Assembly (NCBI GenBank): GCA_963754155.1
Contig: CAVWEU010000002.1
Coordinates: forward strand, 3,212-67,211
DNA: 64,000 nucleotides
Origin: an uncultured Actinomycetota bacterium
Lineage (GTDB): Bacteria; Actinomycetota; Actinomycetes; Propionibacteriales; Nocardioidaceae
Direction of reading: 5' to 3'
The translations under genes were made by a program, and so were the position numbers. This document shows positions 59,203 through 64,000 of the stretch, one piece after another. A model generated the notes under the pieces. That model had not been told where the DNA came from. It ran no database searches and was given only the letters and a program-made list of their open reading frames with translations. Numbering within the stretch: the stretch's first letter is position 1; every line of letters starts with the position of its first letter.

Positions 59203-60464
59203 CCGCCGCGCACGACCGTCGGCGGAGCGACGTACCGGACATCCGGCGCACCGTCGACGCGGTGTGGCGCATCGAGAGCCGTCGGATCGTCGCCACCGTC
59301 GCGAAGCTCGTCGGGGACATCGGGCTGGCGGAGGAGCTGGCCCAGGAGGCGGTCGTCGATGCGCTCGTCCAGTGGCCGGAGTCGGGCGTCCCGCGCAACG
59401 CGGGAGCCTGGCTCACCGCCGTCGCCAAGCGCAAGGCCGTCGACCGGTGGCGCCGGGACGAGCGGCTGAGCGACCGCTACCGCACCCTCGCGCACGACCT
59501 CGAGGAGGCGGAGCCGGACGAGTGGAAGCCGATCGACGACGACGTGCTCCGGCTGGTCTTCACCGCCTGCCACCCGGTGCTGAGCCGGGAGGCGCAGGTC
59601 GCCCTCACCCTGAGGGTGGTCGGAGGTCTCACGACCGAGGAGCTGGCGCGGCTGTTCCTCGTGCCGGTGGCCACGGTGCAGCAGCGGATCGTCCGGGCCA
59701 AGAAGACGCTGGCGGCGGCGAAGGTGCCGTTCGAGACTCCGGAGCCGAACGAGTGGGCGGAGCGTCTCGGGGGAGTGCTCGGAGTCGTCTACCTCGTGTT
59801 CACCGAGGGGTACGCCGCCACGGCCGGTGACCGGTGGGTCCGCACGGAGCTGGCCAACGAGGCGCTCCGCATCGGCCGCGTCCTCAGCGGCCTGCTCCCG
59901 CGCGAGCCGGAGGTGCATGCGCTGGTGGCGCTGATGGAGCTCCAGGCCTCGCGCTTCGCCGCCCGCACCGAGCGCGACGGGACACCGGTCCTGCTCGCCG
60001 ACCAGGACCGCGCCCGGTGGGACCACTCCCAGGTACGCCGTGGCCGTGCGGCCCTCGCTCGAGCCGACGCGCTGGGCCGCGGTCGTGGCCCCTACGCGCT
60101 CCAGGCGGCCGTCGCCGAGTGCCACGCGACCGCGCCGAGCCTCGAGGCGACGGACTGGGCGAGGATCGTCCTGCTCTACGAGGCGCTCGGCCGGGTGGCG
60201 CCGAACCCGGTGGTGGAGCTCAACCGGGCGGTCGCGGTGTCGATGGCGCACGGACCGGAGGCGGCGCTGCGGATCGTCGACGAGCTGGCGGGGGCGGGCG
60301 CGCTGCGGGGCTCGCACCTGCTGCCGAGCGTCCGGGGAGAGCTGCTCGCTCGGCTCGGCGACGCCGACCGGGCCCGCTCCGAGCTGCTGGCCGCGGCCGA
60401 GCTGGTGGGCAACGACCGCCAGCGGCAGGTGCTGCTGCAGAAGGTCGAGCGGCTGACCGGTTGA
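59199..60464 (+). CDS. ECF-type sigma factor with a long C-terminal extension (YciI-associated type)
   Basis: GTGA overlap with the YciI gene. Region 2: AEELAQEAVVDAL...AWLTAVAKRKAVDRWRR. Region 4: LTLRVVGGLTTEELARLFLVPVATVQQRIVRAKKTL. About 230 aa of helical C-terminal domain. Confidence 0.8.
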   Translation: MTAAHDRRRSDVPDIRRTVDAVWRIESRRIVATVAKLVGDIGLAEELAQEAVVDALVQWPESGVPRNAGAWLTAVAKRKAVDRWRRDERLSDRYRTLAHDLEEAEPDEWKPIDDDVLRLVFTACHPVLSREAQVALTLRVVGGLTTEELARLFLVPVATVQQRIVRAKKTLAAAKVPFETPEPNEWAERLGGVLGVVYLVFTEGYAATAGDRWVRTELANEALRIGRVLSGLLPREPEVHALVALMELQASRFAARTERDGTPVLLADQDRARWDHSQVRRGRAALARADALGRGRGPYALQAAVAECHATAPSLEATDWARIVLLYEALGRVAPNPVVELNRAVAVSMAHGPEAALRIVDELAGAGALRGSHLLPSVRGELLARLGDADRARSELLAAAELVGNDRQRQVLLQKVERLTG

Positions 60465-60618
60465 CGCGGCGCCGGCGCAGGCCCACGGGCCCCCGGTCGG
60501 ACGGGGGTTGGGGCCGGCGGCGAGGGGTGCGTGAGCAAGAATCGGCCCTCGGACCGACGACGGGGGTCCACAGGCTGACGGCACCGCTGACCAGGTGTCG
60601 GATGGGAGGAGTCGAGTC

Positions 60619-62256
60619 ATGAGCCAGGCAGGGGCCTCGATCGCGATCGTGGGCGCGCACCTCAGGCGCAACGTCGAGCGATCGGGTGGGGAGGAGGCGA
60701 CTGCGCTGCTCATCCGCGAGGGCCTGATCCAGGCACTCGGCAACGACGAGGAGATCCGGAACCTCGCGGAGGCGGACGGCATCCGCGTGCTCGACGTCGC
60801 GGGCGCCACGGTGACGCCGGGCCTGTTCGACTCGCACACCCATCCGGAGTGGGCGGCCAGCCTCACTGCCGGCGTCGACCTCGGCGCTGTCGAGAACCTG
60901 GAGGAGCTGCGGGACGTGCTGCGCTCCGAGGCGGACCGCGTGGGCAGCGAGGGGTGGGTCCGTGGCTGGAACCTCGACTACGAGGTGTTCCGGGAGGCCG
61001 GGTTGTCGCGTGCGGTCATCGAGGACGCGGTGGGGGGGCTTCCCGCGATCCTGGTCTTCTACGACCTGCACACAGCCCTGGCGACGGGTGCCGCCCTCGA
61101 GGCTGCCGGGATCACCGGGCCCGTGGAGTTCGAGGACACCTCGAAGGTCGTCCTCGACGGGGACGGCGTGCCCACCGGCGAGCTGCGCGAGATGACCGCG
61201 TTCCGGATGGTCCTGGACGCGCGGCCGCCCTTCACTCCCGCCGAGGAGGCGGAGGCGCTGCGGCGGATGCTTCTCCGGCTCAACGCCGCCGGTCTCACCG
61301 GCGGCGCGATCATGGACGGCACCGGACACACCCGGGAGCTCCTCGCCGAGCTCGAGAGCCGGGAGCAGCTCACGCAGCGGCTGACCGTCCACCACTGGCA
61401 CGCGGTGCACTTCTCCGATGACGAGATGCGCGAGATCGTCGCGGCGAAGGACGAGCAGGGCCGCCTCTGGCAGGGCGGAGCGATCAAGCTGTTCAGCGAC
61501 GGTGTCATCGACACCGGCACCGCTCTGCTCCACCAGCCTGACGCCTGCGGCGAGGGCCGGGAAGCGTTCTGGCCCGACTGGGACCGTTTCCGCGAGGTCG
61601 TCCGCACCTATGACGAGGCGGGGATGCTCATCGCCACTCATGCCGTGGGCGACCGTGCCGTGAGCCAGGTGCTCGACGTGTACGCCGAGCTTCCTTCCCG
61701 GGAGCCCGGGCAGCCGGCCCACAGCATCGAGCATCTCGAGGTGCTCAGCGACGCCGACGTCGAGAAGCTGGGGAGCTCGGGCGTGACCGCATCGATGCAG
61801 CCGCTCCACATGCAGTGGCGTGCCGGCGACGGCAGTGACAACTGGGCCACCCGCCTCGGCGACGGGCGCAGCGCCACCGGCTTCCGGACCAGGAGCGTGC
61901 TCCGTGCGGGCGCGCGCCTGGTGCTGGGCTCCGACTGGCCCGTTGCCACCTACGACCCGCGGGTGGGCATGGCGTGGGCTCGGCACCGCGGCGACGTCAC
62001 CGAGAGCAACGCTCCCGTGTTCGAGCCGGAGGAGCGGCTCACCGGTGAGGAAGCGCTGCTGGCCTACACCCTGTGGCCGGCCGAAGCGCGGGGGCATGCG
62101 GATCGGGGACATCTGAGCGTCGGCGCCGTCGGGGACCTGACGATCTGGGACGGCGATCCGGTCGCGGTGTCGGCGGCCGAGCTCGCAGACCTGCCGATCC
62201 TCGCCGCCATCGTCGACGGCGTCGTGGTCCACGAGAGCCGACGGCACGACCGGTGA
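60619..62256 (+). CDS. Amidohydrolase-family metallohydrolase
   Basis: ATG 60619 follows GGAGGAG. VTPGLFDSHTHP; about 545 aa. The ORF opens at 60595. Confidence 0.75.
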   Translation: MSQAGASIAIVGAHLRRNVERSGGEEATALLIREGLIQALGNDEEIRNLAEADGIRVLDVAGATVTPGLFDSHTHPEWAASLTAGVDLGAVENLEELRDVLRSEADRVGSEGWVRGWNLDYEVFREAGLSRAVIEDAVGGLPAILVFYDLHTALATGAALEAAGITGPVEFEDTSKVVLDGDGVPTGELREMTAFRMVLDARPPFTPAEEAEALRRMLLRLNAAGLTGGAIMDGTGHTRELLAELESREQLTQRLTVHHWHAVHFSDDEMREIVAAKDEQGRLWQGGAIKLFSDGVIDTGTALLHQPDACGEGREAFWPDWDRFREVVRTYDEAGMLIATHAVGDRAVSQVLDVYAELPSREPGQPAHSIEHLEVLSDADVEKLGSSGVTASMQPLHMQWRAGDGSDNWATRLGDGRSATGFRTRSVLRAGARLVLGSDWPVATYDPRVGMAWARHRGDVTESNAPVFEPEERLTGEEALLAYTLWPAEARGHADRGHLSVGAVGDLTIWDGDPVAVSAAELADLPILAAIVDGVVVHESRRHDR

Positions 62257-63194
62257 GCCCGAGGATGGTCGAGGACACCTCGGCTCCGAGCGCGAGCCCC
62301 GGGCGGTTCGTCAGCGATGGCGGCATCGAGACCGATCTCATCCACCGGCTCGGTGTGGACCTGCCGCACTTCGCCGCCTTTCCTCTGGTCGAGGAGCCGG
62401 ACGGGCGGGAGGTGCTCGAGGGTTACTACCGCGACTACGCCTCGATCGCCGAACGTGCAGGGATCGGGCTGCTCCTCGAGGCCCCGACGTGGCGGGCGAA
62501 CCGTGACTGGGGCAGGAGGGTGGGGTACGGCGTCGAGGAGCTGTTCGCGGCGAACGTCGCCGCGGTCGAGCTGCTGAAGCGACTGCAGCGGCAGCACGAA
62601 GGAACCGTGTCCCGGGTTCGCGTCGGCGGTGTCGTGGGACCGCGCGAGTCGGGGTGGGGCGACGCGAGCGCGGGGGTCGACGCCGACGAGGCGGCGGAGT
62701 ATCACCGACCGCAGATCCGGGCTTTCGCGGAGTCCGGCGCTGACGTCGTCTCTGCGCACACGTTGTCAGAGGTGGGCGAGGCGGTGGGCATCGTGCGGGC
62801 TGCCCGCGAGGTCGACCTGCCTGTGGCCGTCGCGTTCACGGTGGAGGTCGACGGGCTGATGGCGGACGGCGGCACGTTGGCGGACGCCATCGGGCGCGTC
62901 GACGCGGTCGCACCGCCCGACTACTTCCTGGTGAACTGTGCCCACCCGGACCACATCGAGCGGGCACTGTCGGCACCGGGGGAGTGGCCCGCCCGGATAG
63001 CGGGTCTGCTCCCCAACGCCTCGACCCGGAGTCACGCGGAGCTCGACGAGGCGATCGAGCTCGATGCAGGCGACCCACGACTCCTGGCAGCAGCGATGTC
63101 CCGGCTGGAGCCCCGACTGCCTGGTCTCTCGATCGTGGGAGGGTGCTGCGGCACGGACGCGAGGCACGTCGCTGCGCTGTGGGGCGTCGGCTGA
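62253..63194 (+). CDS. Homocysteine S-methyltransferase family protein
   Basis: GTGA overlap with the upstream gene. ...VNCAHPDH..., C-terminal IVGGCCGTD motif. Confidence 0.75.
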   Translation: MSPRMVEDTSAPSASPGRFVSDGGIETDLIHRLGVDLPHFAAFPLVEEPDGREVLEGYYRDYASIAERAGIGLLLEAPTWRANRDWGRRVGYGVEELFAANVAAVELLKRLQRQHEGTVSRVRVGGVVGPRESGWGDASAGVDADEAAEYHRPQIRAFAESGADVVSAHTLSEVGEAVGIVRAAREVDLPVAVAFTVEVDGLMADGGTLADAIGRVDAVAPPDYFLVNCAHPDHIERALSAPGEWPARIAGLLPNASTRSHAELDEAIELDAGDPRLLAAAMSRLEPRLPGLSIVGGCCGTDARHVAALWGVG

Positions 63195-63223
63195 TCCGAT
63201 CGGCCGGGCGATGGGGCCGGCCC

Positions 63224-64000
63224 TCAGGACGAGGGGACCGCAGGAAGCGGGCCGACCTGGGAGGAGGTGCTGGCGCGGACCATCAGGGCGGTCGGCAGCA
63301 CCGCGACGGCACCCGCCTCGCGTTCGCCGGCGAGCAGCTCGGCCAGCAGCCGGACGGCCTGACGACCCATGTCCCGCGGTGCGATGTCCACGGCCGTGAT
63401 CGGGATCGCCAGCGCACGGAGCGCTGAGCTGTCGACGTACGACGCGACCAGGAGGTCGTCGGGGACGCGGCGTCCGCGTCGCAGCACTTCTTGGAGCGCA
63501 CTCGCCGCGCCACCGTCGGGCACCGAGACGATCGCGTCGGGTGGCTGGTCCGTGGCCAGTGCTTGCTCGACGGCCCGCTGGACGTCCTCGGGCTGCGGCG
63601 CGAAGGGGACCTCGTGGACCACGGGCTGCCGACCGGCGGCGGCGCACCAGGACTCGAAGCCACGGCGGATGTCGAGACCGAAGGACGTCTCGACGCCCGG
63701 GCACAGCATGGCGATCCGCTGGGCTCCGCGCTCGGCGAGGTGATCCAGCAGTGCTCGCGTCGCCGCGCCGTGGTCGGACTCGACCCGGCCGGCGTGCGGT
63801 GGACCCGCCGAGAGGTCCCGCTCGCAGGTGACCACCGGCAGTCCGACCCCGCGAAGGTGTTCGGTCATGGGGTCGCCGAGCTGTGGGTCCACCACCACCA
63901 CCCCGTCGAGGTGGAGCGGCGTCGCGGCCGGTTCCGTCGTGGTCGGCAGCAGCGTCAGGGCGAGACCGTGGTCGAGCGCCTCGGCGGCAGCGCCCATCGA
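63224..64000 (-). CDS. LacI-family transcriptional regulator, ligand-binding domain (N-terminal HTH outside window)
   Basis: Periplasmic-binding-fold segments ...RIAMLCPGVETSFGLDIRRGF..., DDLLVASYVDS, ITAVDIAPRDMGRQAVRLL. The ORF runs off the window end. Confidence 0.7.
   Translation of the reverse strand, partial: SMGAAAEALDHGLALTLLPTTTEPAATPLHLDGVVVVDPQLGDPMTEHLRGVGLPVVTCERDLSAGPPHAGRVESDHGAATRALLDHLAERGAQRIAMLCPGVETSFGLDIRRGFESWCAAAGRQPVVHEVPFAPQPEDVQRAVEQALATDQPPDAIVSVPDGGAASALQEVLRRGRRVPDDLLVASYVDSSALRALAIPITAVDIAPRDMGRQAVRLLAELLAGEREAGAVAVLPTALMVRASTSSQVGPLPAVPSS

Overview
High-GC (roughly 70% or more by eye) actinobacterial chromosomal segment. Gene content and local synteny suggest a Nocardioidaceae-like or related member of Actinomycetota, but that is inference only. 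I can support about 60 protein-coding genes. I saw no rRNA or tRNA genes, no CRISPR array, and no transposase, integrase or phage genes.

Gene content, left to right:
- a complex-I-like membrane-arm operon (nuoH-J-K-L-M-N, no nuoI)
- a Met/His-rich putative copper-handling trio (DUF6153-like, DUF305, lipoprotein)
- a two-component system
- aconitase
- an anti-sigma-like protein and ECF sigma factor pair
- dxs and a PAC2-family gene
- tesB
- an M23 peptidase with FG-GAP-like repeats
- an htdX-like dehydratase divergent from a thiolase
- a MerR/DICT regulator divergent from a small-ORF plus FHA operon
- ATP-dependent DNA ligase, an alkA-like glycosylase, cls, uvrB
- a 12-blade NHL-repeat secreted protein
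- terC and a ferredoxin-NADP reductase
- a HipA-like kinase plus DUF3037 pair
- lpd
- a sulfate-assimilation operon (sir, small Zn-ribbon ORF, cysH, cbiX)
- glyA
- an AidB-like, pentapeptide-repeat and NYN operon
- a K+ channel and rhodanese
- a YciI protein and ECF sigma pair
- an amidohydrolase and homocysteine methyltransferase
- a LacI-family gene cut by the window end

I did not find a clear-cut novel multi-gene system such as a defence island. The observations most worth a second look are:
1. An unusually high density of single-base frameshifts, at least 9 among about 60 genes, including lpd, nuoL and the DNA ligase. Most sit at short G/C homopolymers, which points to assembly error or widespread decay.
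2. Two apparent deletion remnants: a 30-codon fabG4-like ORF and an RsgA N-terminal-domain-only ORF.
3. A REP-like palindromic element family (core GAGCCGTCAC) at two convergent gene junctions. One copy carries a 54-bp duplication that is read through by a gene lacking its stop codon.
4. A 13-nt triple repeat that places a TGA in all three frames at the end of the NHL gene.
5. A G-rich 12-mer tandem repeat inside the sulfate-assimilation operon.
6. A Met-Met-Cys-Met-ending upstream ORF in the long leader of that operon.
7. A consistent TANNNT-N6/7-start-codon architecture at many genes, implying leaderless transcripts.
8. Several translationally coupled modules of unknown function.

All calls come from reading the sequence and the ORF track; no database search was run.
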